DNA of 64,000 bases from NCBI RefSeq assembly GCF_009914755.1, contig NC_060925.1. The stretch is one strand, 5' to 3'. Below are positions 45,187 through 58,500 of the stretch, piece after piece. Numbering within the stretch: position 1 is the stretch's first letter; the number at the start of each line of letters is the position of its first letter. The translations under genes and the position numbers were made by a program. The notes below the pieces were generated by a model. It ran no database searches and was not told the origin of the DNA. It worked only from the letters and a program-made list of their open reading frames with translations. The stretch comes from the human T2T-CHM13v2.0 reference genome, Homo sapiens.

Positions 45187-45649
45187 AAGACTTGAGAGTG
45201 AGCATTTTCCTGTCAGTTTCTGAGAGGCTGGAACTGAGGAGAGTAGACACGGTCTGTGAGCTATTGTGATAGGGGAAAGCAGACACGACACTGCCCATCT
45301 GCGGGGGAGAAAGGCAGAACGGATGTCACAGAGTGAAGACATAAGGACGTGTGGCCCCGGAGACAGATGGTGAGAGCTGCTCTCTGAGTTGAGACAGCTT
45401 GCCAGCTCTTGGTTCAGGTGCCACGCGATGCCCTGAAGTCTGACTCTGCCCCTGTTTTGCCATCTGTGAGTTGCTCCTGTGCTTTTCCAGTACCATTTGA
45501 TTCTTTTTTTTGAGAGGTTGGGGGTGGATTTGGTTATGCCATTTGCAAGTAAAAGAGTCCCCAATGAAACAAGGAGTTACAGTAAAAAGACATGACAAAA
45601 TCCTTGCTGGAAGACAAAGGGGAGCAAGTGGGGGCTTTCCTGCACCCTT

Positions 45650-45745
45650 TCTCATTTAATCTTCCTGCCATTTTACAACTGAGGAAATGGAGCCTCAGAA
45701 TGGTTAAAAACCTTCTCAAGTTACATAGCTAAGAAGGGGAACATT
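45650..45745 (-). mobile_element. MIR fragment
   Basis: ccattttacaactgaggaaatggagcctcaga. Confidence 0.6.
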
Positions 45746-46439
45746 ATAGTGATGTTCTGGTAAACTTTGATGAATACCATTTTTATTATAACAATAACTT
45801 TCTAGTGACTCAGGTATTCATATTGCCTCCTTTTGGGCAATGGGAGTGCAAATCGACACTCCTGGAATCTCTGGCTCCTCCCAAGAACTTATCAACTCAT
45901 TTCTGTCAAAGATCACTTATCTTCTTTCCTTATTTTAAAATTAATGTTTCTTTTATCTACTAACTTTAATAACTACTTATTTTATTTGAAAATATAGTTA
46001 TATGTTCATCATACAAAATTTGAAAAACGGGGGAATAGGAAGAAAAGCCACCATCCCATTATCCTAAATCAATCACTACTAACATTTAGATATATTTCCT
46101 TCTAACAGATTTTACTGTGCATAGTTTAGGATATTTTGTGTTGTATTTTGTCTCTTGTCATTAGGAACATACTGTAATTATTAGTGTGCTTTACCAAGTT
46201 CCTGAGTGCAATAGAACTTTGAGATTGTAGGAAGCATTGGCTATTACTATTGCTACTATTTTTTCTACTGCTATTGCTGCTAGTATTCTTCTTCTTACTA
46301 CTACTACTATCTCAATTTGGAAATGTACCTTATATTTATAAGGCACATTTATTTATTTATGTTTTATTATTTTTTACTTATTTTATGTATTCTTTATTTC
46401 CTTATATAAAGATATGGAAATGTGCCTTATATTTATAAA

Positions 46440-46640
46440 AAGCTTTCTTGTATGATCTTAACTCATCTTCATCATTCCATAAATAAGGTAAATCCTTTTT
46501 GTTCCCATTTTGAGAAGAAGAAACTGGTGCTTACAGAAACCAAATGACTTGCTCAAGTCCATGTGTATTGAGAGAGAGCTGGGACTAGACCCAGTCTGCT
46601 CACTGGGAGTGTAGTGCTGTTTCCGTAGAACCACCCACTG
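46440..46640 (-). mobile_element. MIR
   Basis: cccattttgagaagaagaaactgg...tgacttgctcaag...gggactagaccc. Confidence 0.65.
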
Positions 46641-46772
46641 CTTCTTTGTCCCATCATCTCCTACAGCCATGGGAGGAGCTGCTTAATGTCTAGTGTTCCT
46701 CAGAGGTGGATCACAAATACAAGATGAGGAGTGTAGTTTCAGATGAAAGGGCCACATAAAGCCTTGGACACT

Positions 46773-47155
46773 TGATATAGGTTGGATTGTTATCCTCTCC
46801 AAATCTCATGTTGAAATGTGATCCCCAGTGTTGGAGGTAGTTCCTGGTGGGAGGTGTTTGAGTCATGGGGTCAAACCCTCATGAATGCCTTGTTGCCCTT
46901 CCCATGATAATATGTTCGTGCAAGATCTCATTGTTAAAAAGAACCTGGGACTTCCCCTGCTACTTGCCCCCTCCCTTGCCATGTGACACACCTCTGCCTC
47001 TTCACCTTCCACCATGAGTAAAAGGTCCTGACCAGAAGCAGATGTTGGTGCATGCTTATACAGCCTACAGAACCATGAGCCAAATAAACTTTTTTTCTTT
47101 ATAAATTACCCAACCTCAAGTGTTCCTTTATAGCAACACAAAACAGACTAATACA
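46773..47155 (+). mobile_element. MaLR LTR MSTB-like
   Basis: tgatatagg...aaatctcatgttgaaatgtgatcccc...gactaataca; TSD acact/accct. Confidence 0.88.
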
Positions 47156-47364
47156 ACCCTTCAGACATCATTTTGTATCTTCAGTCTCCTGTCTTAGTGG
47201 CTCCATGCTAAAAAGCTTGAGGGAAACATAGTGAGTATATCACCATGGTTCTGGCCCTCAAGAGATTAGGTGTCATTACCTGTCCTTTTTCTTGTGCCAT
47301 TTGCTGCCCTCTTATTATTATTAAGCGATATCAAAAATTAAGTGATCTCCAGCCTATCTTGGTG

Positions 47365-47377
47365 GTTGCCATGGAAC
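47365..47377. promoter_or_regulatory. RFX X-box-like motif
   Basis: GTTGCCATGGAAC versus canonical GTTGCCATGGCAAC; motif match only. Confidence 0.4.
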
Positions 47378-47676
47378 TCAACTGTGCATCTCTTTAGGCT
47401 GGTAAAACCAATTGAGACAGTAGTTGGGCGAGGGGGAGCTGCCTGCGATTGCCAACATGGGAAAGAGCTCTTCAGCAGCCTATGAAATGATGCTTTCCAG
47501 TGGGAGGGAGCATGGGGCATAGCCACACTGCCTGAGCCTGGCAGCATATTCTAAAGCAGAATCAGGGCCAAATATATTCAAGGAAATTTCCAAAGAATCT
47601 TGAAATAATTTGGGAAATTTATTTTTTTGAGGAGACAGTATAGAAAATAGAAGAACAGATTGGGATTTGAACAAAC

Positions 47677-47916
47677 CAGTGGCTTTCATATGTTTTCTGA
47701 CATGACTCACAGTAAGAAATATATTGCAACTCTCTATATGTCTGTATGTAAATGAAACAAAAGTTTCAGCAAATAATACTTCTATTACATGCTATGTACT
47801 CTGGTCCTTCCATCCCAAACCAATCCATTAAAATAAATGTTAGTTATGACCCACTAAATACATTTAGCACCCATTAATCCAACAATGGGTAGTGACCCAC
47901 AAATCAAAACATATTG
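47677..47916. mobile_element. MER112-like hAT-Charlie MITE within a MIR
   Basis: cagtggctttca...cacagtaagaaata...tgaaacaaaagtttca...gacccactaaat. Confidence 0.6.
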
Positions 47917-48659
47917 AGATAAACCCTAGTTCAAGTTCTGCTCCTCTACAACTTTTCCATCAGTAAAAGGGAGAAGATGATACCCTCCTCTAGGTGGTTA
48001 TGTTAATGAAATGCCATCCCACATTGCATTAATACAATAGCTGAGCTCTGCGCTTTGTTTTCTTCACAACAGTATCCCCTGCACCGAGTATAGAGCCTAG
48101 TGAACAGAACGTGCTGAATACATGGTAGCTATTTTCATTACAGTCTGGGCTGTTGGAAGCATGCAGGCCACATTAGGGCATCTCCAGCGGGATACAGGGC
48201 AGGAGACTTGAGATGTATCATTCTGTGGGCCAATATGAGGAGGAGTATTACAGAGGTTGTTGTAATCAACCAGTTAGCTAAATCTGTATCTATCAAGTGT
48301 AAGACCTTGGAGTGGGACCAGGCAGGACTCAAAAGAAACCCTATTTTCTGTAGTCCCACTTACTAGGAGTTTACCTTGTTGAAGAAGTGACACAAACACT
48401 GGGAGATGAGTAATGGCACCAGACAAGCTAATCAGTACTGTACACAGAGGACACAGGGATAACGACTGAAGGACAGAGAATGCCAGCATTTTTGAGTTGA
48501 TGCAATTTTTGTACACAATTAACTGAGAATATAATAAGCTCCAAGGAATGTATTAATGATGAATTTATATGTTATTATTCTCTATAGAATATGTATGTAT
48601 TTTGTACTCAGTCCATAGACAATGGATTTGAGGACTCCTAACAATGCCAGGGAGACATC

Positions 48660-48900
48660 GAGGTCTTACTGCTAAGAGTAAGGGCTTTGGAATCATTCCG
48701 ATGTGGGTTTGTCCCAGTTCTAACACTTTCTAGGTCTGTGGCCTTTGGCAGGTGACAACCTCGGAGTCTCCCAACCTGCTAAATGGGGCTGGTAACTATA
48801 CCTCCCAACAGTGTCTTTGGGATGATTAAATAGACGAAGGTGTGTAGAGCTCTCAGCAGGGCTTCTGGCAGAGTGAATTTTCAAGAAAGTTAGCTGGTGC
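48660..48900 (+). mobile_element. MIR
   Basis: gggctttggaatca...tgtggcctttggcagg...taaatgggg...gttagctg. Confidence 0.7.
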
Positions 48901-49179
48901 TCTTGTTGCTGCCCTTCAGAGGCCAAGGCCCTTAGCAGTAGGAGATGAAAGAAGGGGAACACACAGCCAGGTGGTTGGCTTCCTCTGGCCCCAAAAGCAT
49001 GTGGTTCTTTCAGAAGTCCTGCAGTTCTGCACGGACATTAGTCATCCTGTAGCAGAGAAGGTAGGAGGCGGCAGAAATTGTTTTCAAGATGGAGGGAATC
49101 TGACACAAAGAGGTTGACTGAAGTTTCACATCTTAAAGAAAGTGGAAAAATTGAGCCACACTGAAAAGAGAACAAAACA

Positions 49180-49330
49180 ACAATGGGTTTAAGCTCTGAT
49201 TTCTCTACTTCGTGAACTCTGTGATCCTTGGCAAGTCACAGAAACCATTTTGAGGTCCAATTTCCTCATCAATAAAGGGAGGATAACAACCCCTTCCAGG
49301 AACTCTTGGAGGGTGACAGAGGTGAGGGAG
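49180..49330 (+). mobile_element. MIR
   Basis: ccttggcaagtcac...tttcctcatcaataaaggg. Confidence 0.6.
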
Positions 49331-50054
49331 ATGCAAAGAGAGTACAGTGAACAATTTTATTTTTGGTGACACAAAGTGGGTATAATCAGCTTGTACTTTT
49401 TCCCAGAATAATGCTCTATGTATAATGCCACTCTGGATATATCTGCTTTCGACGTCCTTGTATCCTCCTGCCCTGCGCTACTCTGCTTGCCTCACACTCT
49501 CTCCTAATGAACTAAACTCCCACCTGCACACCAGTACCTGTCCCACCCTTGGGAATTGCTTCTTCCTGCCTCAGATGCTTCTCCAGCCCTGCCTGTGAGC
49601 CTGGAAAACTGACTTCATCTTTGCCTTTCTTAATCAAATCCCACCCAGCCCCACACATGTAGGAGTTCTATGTATTTAAAGCTCTTCTCCAGGGGATGAA
49701 CTACTGAGGGGCCCAAAGGGGTTCTACTCTGTTTTGTGGGAGGATACATGTGAAGAAGAGGGACCTGCAGGAGAGCCACACATACCCCAAGCCAACCACT
49801 GCCATCCATTGTAGGTGAGTTGGGGCTAAGGAGCTTGGTCTCAGGTGGCCACACTGATGCTGGTCTGGAGGCAGTCATGGGATTCTTCACATCCAGCTAT
49901 TCACTGCTAGGAAGATGGTTTTGGGGAGTGAGAGACCTGCCGTGGGGAGATGGCTGCTGACCACCATCAGGAAACAGTGTGCTCTCTGAATGACATGGGA
50001 ATCCAATGTATGACTTCTATTTCGTTAGCATCTCTAGTGACAACCTACAAAGCT

Positions 50055-50486
50055 CATTACGTTAAATATGGCTACACATTCTTTGCAACAATCCCCATCC
50101 AAAGGGGGAGTCTTATTTCTCTATTCCTTTGAGCCTGGTTTGACTTTGTAACTTGTTTTAACCAATAGAGTGTGTCAGATGTGGCATACTATAATGTACA
50201 AGCCTTAGCCTCGAGAGGCTTTGCAGTTTCTGTTCTTATTCACTTGTAATGTTGCCATTCTGAAATTGTCAAACTGTGAAGAGGACTGGGATTAAAGACC
50301 ACATGGTGCAGCCACCCAATTCAGTCCAGGCCCATGCCATCCCATTGGCTTTATGCGGCAGTCTGAGTGAGTCCAGGCAAGACTGGCAGAAGAACCACCC
50401 AGTCAATTCACAGAATTGTGAAAAATAAATCACTTAAGCCACTAAATCTGGGGCTAGTTTGTTATGTAGCAATAGCTAACTGATAT
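50055..50486 (+). mobile_element. MaLR LTR MLT1G/H-like
   Basis: tggctacacattctttg...accaatagagtgtg...taagccactaaat...gttatgtagcaatagctaactgata. Confidence 0.75.
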
Positions 50487-51142
50487 GAGTACACCTGTAA
50501 ATTAACAGAGAAATGTAGTGTGTGGGCCTAGCTGGCAGCTAGTCCATGAGATTTAGGGGTAGGACAGGCTCAGAACCCAGATTTAGTGGCTTAAGTAGCT
50601 AATTTCGCATCATTGTAGTAAAGCACAGGTCATGCCACAGGCCCCAGGGCAGAGATCTCAGCAGCTGAGCTGGTTCTCCATTTTCACTTAGGGGATCCGG
50701 CTGTCAGTTGGGTTCTAGTCTTGTGCTCTAGCATGCATTTCTTCTGCATGGGCTTGGGTCAGCATCTATGAGTCTGCTTCTTTCACTGTTAAGTTAGGAT
50801 GATAACAGTGATCTTTCAGTTCTGTTATGATCTTGGGCAAAGGACTTTCCTTCTTTGAGCTTCTGTTTCCTCATTAAAATGAGAAGTTGGACTAATTGTT
50901 CTTCTGCATCCCTTTCAGCAATGAGTTTGTTTCTTTGATTTCTTGACAGGAACATGTTATGGTTTTTTTATTAAAAATATATCAAATGGTAAGTGTTGGG
51001 GAGGAACTACATTACACCTCAGCTTTAAAACCATTTTATGTGCTGTTGTCAGTTTAAAAGTTACATTCTAATCAATTTGAATTGAAATACCTTAAAAAGA
51101 TGCATTTTTTTTGGTAATGTGAGCCACTAGCATCTGTATTAT

Positions 51143-53050
51143 ATTTTTTAACTTTATTTTGAAATAATTTCAGGCTTAAAAAACACAGCACAAAGAATTC
51201 CCATATACCCTTCACTCGGATTTCTCCCAAATTGATATTTTACCACAATTGCTCAATCATTTGTTCTCTGTCCACAGAAACACACACACACAATTATTTT
51301 TCTAAGATGTTTGAGAGTAAGCATTGACCTCTATATACTTGAGTGTATAGAAGTCAGTACTTCCCTAAAAACATGGACATTCTCTCACCTAACCACAGTG
51401 CAATTATCAAAATCACAGAATTAACATTGTCACAATTCTAATGGAAGACCTTAAGGTTTGCCATCTGTCCTACTAACATCCTTTCCTTGGTCCCTGATCA
51501 CATGCTGGATTGACTTGTCTTGTCTTCTTAGTCTTCTTAATACAGAAGAATTCCTTGGTCTTTCTTTGTCCTTCCTGACCTTGAAATTTTGAAACAGTAC
51601 TGGCCAATAGTTATCTACAACATAGCCTTCAGGTTGGATTTGTCTGATGTTTCTTTAGGCTTAGATTCAGGTTATGCATTTTTGGCAAGAATACCAAAGA
51701 AGTGATGCTTTGTTTTTCTCAGTGCATATCAGGAGTCATAGCCTGTCAATTATTTTGATTATAAGTGATGTTGACTTTGACCATATGATTAAGGTGCTGT
51801 CAGCCAGATTTCTAAATTGTAAGTTAATGTTTTTCCCTTTCCAATTAATAAGTAGTTTAGGGGTAAATACTTTGAAACTATTAAAATCCTGTTTCTCATG
51901 CTTTCTCCCACTACACTTATTTATGAATGAGTCTAGCCTGAAGCAATTATTACTGTGGTGGCTTCCAATGGTGATTTTCTAATTCTATTATTTCTGCAAG
52001 AGCTGATCCTTCTCTCTATCTATTTACACACTTATATCAGTGTAGATTAATGAATTCTTTTGTTTTATTGGATATAGTCCATTGTTGTGTTGGTGGTGGT
52101 GGTGTTCAAAATGCCCCATATTGGGCCAGTGGGAACCTCTTCAAGCTCCTCTCCTGTTGTTTTGACAAGCCCTCATCCTGTTTTAAGCTTTCCTTAGCTT
52201 CTGACATCACAAGATGTTCCAGGCTTATTTTGTATTTTCAATGCCCCACCCCTGGAATTAGCCATTTCTCAAAGAAGCCCTGGTTCTTCTGAATGGAAAA
52301 TGGTCTTAAGAAATCAAGTTCTAGGCTAGGGTGCAGTGGCTCATGCCTATAATCCCAGCATTTTGGAAGGCTGACACAGGTGGATCACTTGAGGCCAGGA
52401 GTTCGAGACCAGCCTGGCCAACACAGTAAAACCCTGTCTCTACTAAAAATACAAAAATTAGTTGGGCATTATGGCCCACACTTTTAATCTCAGCTACTGG
52501 GGAGGCTGAGGCATGAGAACTGCTTGAACCCAGGAGGCGGAGGTTGCAGTGAGCTGAGATCACGCCACCAACAGAGCAAGACTGTCTCAAAAAAAAAAAA
52601 AGAAAAATCAAGTTCTAGGCACTAGGTATGCCAATTGGTTTTCCCTTTCCTTGGTGTCATTGTTTCTAGGCCCCCTAAGCAATCAGAGCTAGAAAAATAT
52701 TTCTATGTGTATATGTATTTATCAATGTACACATACATATTCATTTCTACATTTGTGCATGTGTGTCTGTGTTTGGGGTGAGAGAGAGAGAATGAGCACT
52801 ATGAGCCTAAGGTCATACTGATATCTCCCTAATTCCCCATCCAAAACCATAGGGTTCATTCTAGCTTCCTCACTTTATTTATTTGTAACTCTTTGCCAAC
52901 ATGAGAAAGCTGGTTCTCTCGTTATCTGCACTATATTTAATTATTTGCTCAGTCTTACAATACACTTAGGGAAGTTTTGGAATTGGTAATGTATACCACT
53001 CTGAAAACAAATCTAACTTGAGTACATTACAGTGCTTCAAAATGTGTTCC
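51143..53050 (-). mobile_element. L1MC4/5-like 3' region interrupted by Alu
   Basis: tttattttgaaataatttcag...cccatatacccttcac...ttagattcaggttatgcatttttggcaagaatacc. Confidence 0.75.
52324..52604 (+). mobile_element. Alu (AluSz/Jb-like) with short right-arm deletion
   Basis: TSD aaatcaagttcta (52311-52323, 52605-52617); lacks tgcactccagcctggg. Confidence 0.93.
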
Positions 53051-53231
53051 TTATATTTGTTCTGTACCCTCAGATTCCCTTTCTAAGTGTAGTTATTTTA
53101 CTCATTTGGAATATAGCTGGGGTCATTTGTTTCTGTTTGTATTCCATTTTGAATTCCCCCACCTTGCCCCAGTCCTTGATGATTTTGCTTATTTTTTTTG
53201 AGTATACAAAATATTCTAAAAGTCAGAACTA

Positions 53232-53548
53232 GGCCAGGTGTGGTGGCTCACACCTGTCATCCCAGCACTTTGGGAGGCCAAGGCAGATGGCCAGGCACTT
53301 TTGGCCAGGAGTTTGAGACCAGCTGGGCCAACATGGCAAAATCTCGTCTCTACTAAAAATACAAAAATTAGCCGGATGTGGTGGCATGCTCCTGTGATCC
53401 CAGCTACTCAGGAGGCTGAAGCATGAAAATTGCTTGAATCCTGGGAGGCAGAGTTTGCAGTGAGCTGAGATTGTGCCACTGCACTCCAGTCTGGACAACA
53501 GAGTGAGACCCTGTCTCCAAAATTAATTAATTAATTAAATTAACTAAA
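53232..53548 (+). mobile_element. Alu (AluSz/Jb-like), (AATT)n tail
   Basis: TSD agaacta (53225-53231, 53549-53555). Confidence 0.92.
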
Positions 53549-53555
53549 AGAACTA

Positions 53556-53900
53556 CAAAAAATACTGAGAAACGTGTTTACCCCCTCCCCCCCAATCTTT
53601 TCTACCCCATTCCAATCCTCCCACCCTTTCCTCTCTCCAGCAGGTAACCAATCTCATTTTTTTCTGGTTATCCTCCCTGTGATTCTCTTTTGCCAAATTA
53701 GCAGATCACGTATAATTTCCAGTCCCTGCTTTCTTAGACAAAAGACAGCGTACTAAGGATACTCTTTTGTGCTTTGCTTTTCTCACTTAGCACGGTGTCC
53801 TGGGAAGTGCTTCACTTCAGTTTGTACAGCTGCAGGCTACTCCATTGCACTTCTGCTCATTCAACAATTCTCCAACATATGGGCATTTAGGTGGTTGCTA
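53556..53900 (-). mobile_element. L1ME 3' region fragment
   Basis: caggtaacca...ttgcttttctcacttagca...atgggcatttaggt. Confidence 0.6.
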
Positions 53901-54687
53901 CTCTGCCACCTAGAACCTGCTGCTCGCTGCCAGAGCTCCTAGCCTGCCTGCTGTCTACCCTTGAGTGTCACCTTCTGTGGAGTCCTCACTGTCTGGTCCA
54001 GCCCTCCAAGGCCGTGCTCCACCAGAGCTGCCTGTGGGCACCCCTTGACTTTGAGTGAGTCCAGTAGTGGCAGCGGCAGGGTTCACTGGCTTGACAAAGC
54101 ACCTGGCCGAGAGTGTGAAGTGCAAAACATAAACAGGACCTAAAGGAGGAGGGTTGAGAGTTGGGAGAGGTGAAAAAGCGGGTGGCCAAACTGGAAGGTA
54201 AAAAGGATCAGAAACCAGAGAAACAAGTACCAGTTGAAATGAGTCAGGGAGAAATGAGTCTGGGTGTTGAAGTTTTGGTCAAGAACTATATTATGAGATT
54301 CTCTGGGCCAGAAGCATCTAAACTGTACCAGATACCCACAGCTGTGCTTGGTGTAACTATAGAGACACTGCAGTCCACTGGCTCCTGGTGACCGTGACTG
54401 TGTCGTGTGTCTGTGCACACCAGCTTGGCCAGGCTGAGCCCCTTTTGGAACAAGAAGTACCTTGCTGGCTTCTGTCCCACCCCAGAGAGCTGGCCTATTT
54501 CCATTCGCTGTCTCCCAGGTGAGGCCGTAAGCACTAGGTTCTGCTTGGCTGAATTCTGAGCAGTGCAGTTCCCTTCCATGATCAGTACCACTCTCTGTGG
54601 AACAGGCAAGCCAACTTTGCAGATAAGAGGATGGGAGCTTGTAAAGGTCATCTGACTTGCTCAAGGTCACCCAGCTACTTTGTGACA

Positions 54688-54968
54688 CAGGATCAACTCC
54701 TCCATATTAGGAACAGTAGGTGCAGTGACTAAGACCCGTGACAGAGGTCTGTGAAAACGTTTTTATTTTCATTTCTTTTAAAATCAAAAGGAAGAAAAGA
54801 ATATAATTCCAATCATAATGAATATGTGATAATGAATTCAGCCTGGATTATATTCATCTCTATACCAACACAGTTGTAAAATATAATCGTTAATACTTTT
54901 GAATGGAGGAAGAGAATTGCAAAGGCACAGAAGTGCCTAGAGTCTCTGAGAGTCATAGCGTGGCCCTG
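54688..54968 (-). mobile_element. ORSL-like hAT-Tip100 MITE nested in MIR
   Basis: cagga...ggccctg termini; cagcctggattatattc...tataccaacacagttgtaaaatataat; imperfect 8-bp TSD ttgtgaca/tagtggca. Confidence 0.6.
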
Positions 54969-55360
54969 TAGTGGCAGAGTGGGGACTAGAAAGTTCCCCG
55001 TTCTGCGTGCAGTGTTCTTTGGCCTTAATTAGTGAGGGTCACTAACTCTTGGGTCTTTAAAAACAGGAATCTGAGGACAGTGTCCATCAGAGCCACACAG
55101 GGACCAGGAGAGCCAAAGAGGAGAGGAAACTTCCCCTCCCCTGGCAGAGTTCTTCATTCCCATCCCCTATGGTGTTGCCAGCAGCCTCAGGCCCCAGGCC
55201 AGGAGTGCATGTGGGAGGGTAGGACAGGTTACCCCAGTGGCAGTGTGGCCCCAGCATGTGTTTTGAGTATATATTGACCATATATTGAAATGTACATCCA
55301 GTTACTCTTACTTGCTATTAGCTTTTGGAAGATTTTTAATCTGTAAACAGATAATAATAA

Positions 55361-55735
55361 GGATATGGTTTGGCTGTGTTCTCACCCAAATCTCATTTTG
55401 AATTGTAGCTCCCACAATTCCCAAGTGTCATGGGAGGGACCAAGTGGGAGGTAATTGTATCATGGGGGTGGGTCTTTCCTCTGCTGTTCTCATGACAGTG
55501 AATTAAGTCTCAAGAGATCTGATGGTTTTATAAAGAGTTTCCCTGCACAAGTTCTCTCCCTTTGCCTGTTGCCATCCATGTAAGACATGACTTGTTCCTC
55601 CTTGCCTCCCACTATGATTGTGAGGCCTCCCCAGCCACGTGGAACTATGAGTTTATTAAACCTCTTTTTCATGACTAAAGACATACCCAGTCTCGGGTAT
55701 GTCTTTATTCAGCAGCGTGGAAATGGACTAATACA
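55361..55735 (+). mobile_element. MaLR solo LTR THE1B-like
   Basis: gatatggtttggctgtg...tgtagctcccacaattccc...ggactaataca. Confidence 0.9.
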
Positions 55736-56954
55736 ATTTCCCTCACATAATAGTTCAGAAGATAAAATGAAGTAAAGTGGGCCAAGTCCTGAGTGCTCTT
55801 CTACACAGCAGGTGAAGTTTAGCTCTTTTCCTCCCTCCTGTGTGCTTGCCACAGCCTGGGCACAGGGGTAAGTCTCTCTCTCCCTCTCTCTCCCCATTCT
55901 TTCCTCTCCCCATCCCCTGTCTTTGGCTGCCTGAAGCTATCTGTGCTGAAGTTGTTATTGCCTTCTGTTGTACCTGTGACAAGTGGAATGTGAGAACACT
56001 CCACTGGATTCATTTTAGATTATAAATAGAAGAATTATTTAATTTTTTTCAAGTCACTTGCATTTACTCCAACAGTTTGTTACTGAAACATGCAGTCCTG
56101 AACACAACAGGACTTGACAATAGAAAATGTAGCCCGAAGAATAAGTAATTATTTGCTGCAAAGAACCAAAATAACCACATCAGGTAGATACAGGGGGATG
56201 TTTTCAGGTTTCAATCAGCACTGCTGGGTGGTGGAGAGGGAGAGGTAATTATAAATGTGACTTCACGTGGTTTGATGCCATCGCCTTCCATGTCCTTTGG
56301 TTGACTGCTGCCTCTTTGATTTCAGTGTGTTTGTGTGAGAAAGCGAACCTGAAATGAGACACAGCCTGGAGGGGGATCCATCTATTTGCCCTCTTGCCCT
56401 CATGCCTGACTAGGGAGGATGTGGTAGCTGGCTTGGTCCGGCCTACACAGGGACTCCAGCAATCCATCTTGTGGGTTTCTCCTGGGTCAACCTGAATGAC
56501 AGGATGGTGATTTTTCAGACGCATGGTAGCAGGAGAAAAACTTTCTGTGACTTCACATGGAGGCAAGAGCGAGCCGCCATTGTCACATGTGCTCCTTGAA
56601 AGAAGTGTGATGTCTTCCCAGTCAGGAGATACAAAACCCAACCTTGCATGAAGCAGGGGGGCCAGTTCTGATGCCTCACACAGCTCCTCTCACCCAGGGA
56701 AACTCAGCCTTGATGAAAGAGGAACAAAAAGCAGGCAGGAGAGGCCCAGGCTGGGCCCTTGGCTCCCTTGCACTGCGGTAGTTGGCCCGTCTTCCACCCT
56801 GGGCTGTTCGTCCCAGGAGAGTGCTGGGAACACATCAGGAAGATTTGAATGTCTCTGTTCTCTCCAAATTTAGCTTCTAAATTATAAGGTGGCCTGACTT
56901 TCTACCTGTAAAATGGGAGTTTATTCAGGTTAACTGAGAAATAGAAAATAACCC

Positions 56955-57389
<435 letters not shown>

Positions 57390-57985
57390 TCAAGCACTGG
57401 TCGAGTGCATTTACTTTCATGAAGATTCCAGGGCCCAGGATGAGGTGCCCCAGAGCACACACATCCCTCCTTCATGGCCTCCCATGGATGAGGGAGGATC
57501 TATACTCCACACTGTAGGTTAGATTCCCCATCTTCTCAGCATCTGGGCATCACCACTATCAGTGCTGTTCAGAGCCTCTGCCCCTGCTCAGAGCTTATTT
57601 GTCAAGATTTTCCTTCCTAAGTACATGAGGCTGTTTCTCTCTACAGATATCAACTGCTTTGAGCTTTATCGAAGCTTGTCTGTTTGGCTTTGTTCAATGT
57701 GAGGGGCCATTTGTTCCTCAAGGTCAAATCAAATATCACACGGCAGAAACAAAACCTAATTGAGGGAATTATTCACTATGTATTTCAAGTTCAAATACAG
57801 AGGGTTTGTAGCAATCCTGTGTCAAGATGGCTCACTGATTTTATTACAAATTGTTGAGAAGAAACTAGAAATCATTTGTTTCTACATTTTTTTCAATTTG
57901 TGGTTTGCAAAAGCAACTAGTGGGTCAAGGACAGCATTTTAAGAAGTGAAGTAAAATGGAATAAAAACAATACAAAATAACACTG

Positions 57986-58332
57986 TGCTATGTTCTGAAT
58001 GTTTGTTCCCTTCCCACCCCCAAATTCATTTGTCAAAACCTAATTATCAATGTGATGATATTAGGAGGTGGGCCTTCAGGGAGGTGATTAGGTCATCATG
58101 GTGGGGCCCTCAGAAATGCGATCTGTGCCCTTGTAAAAGAGGACTGAGGGAGCTTGTTTTCTCCTCCACCATGTGAGGACACAGCAAATGAGAAAGCTGC
58201 CCCTCCCCCAGATACCATATCTACTAGCACCTGGGCTTTCTGGCCTCCAGAACTGTGAGAAATAGGTTTCTGTTATTTATAAGCTACCCAGTTTATGGGG
58301 TTTTGTTATAACATCTCAAACAGACTAAGACA
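57986..58332 (+). mobile_element. MaLR LTR MLT1A-like
   Basis: tgctatgttctgaatg...ccatgtgaggacacagc...cctccagaactgtgagaaata...gactaagaca. Confidence 0.85.
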
Positions 58333-58500
58333 CTGAAAACTATAAAACATTGCTAGAAGAAATCAAAGAAGATACAACTAAATGGAAAGACATGCTGTGC
58401 TAATGGATTGGAAGACTTAATAATGTTAAAATGTCCCTACTATGCAAAAGCAATCTACAGATTCAATGCAACCCCTATAAAATTCTAATGGCATTAAAAA

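Noticed and set aside
54140-54688. 182-aa minus-strand ORF
   Set aside because: Starts in MIR sequence, no recognisable homology or splice context
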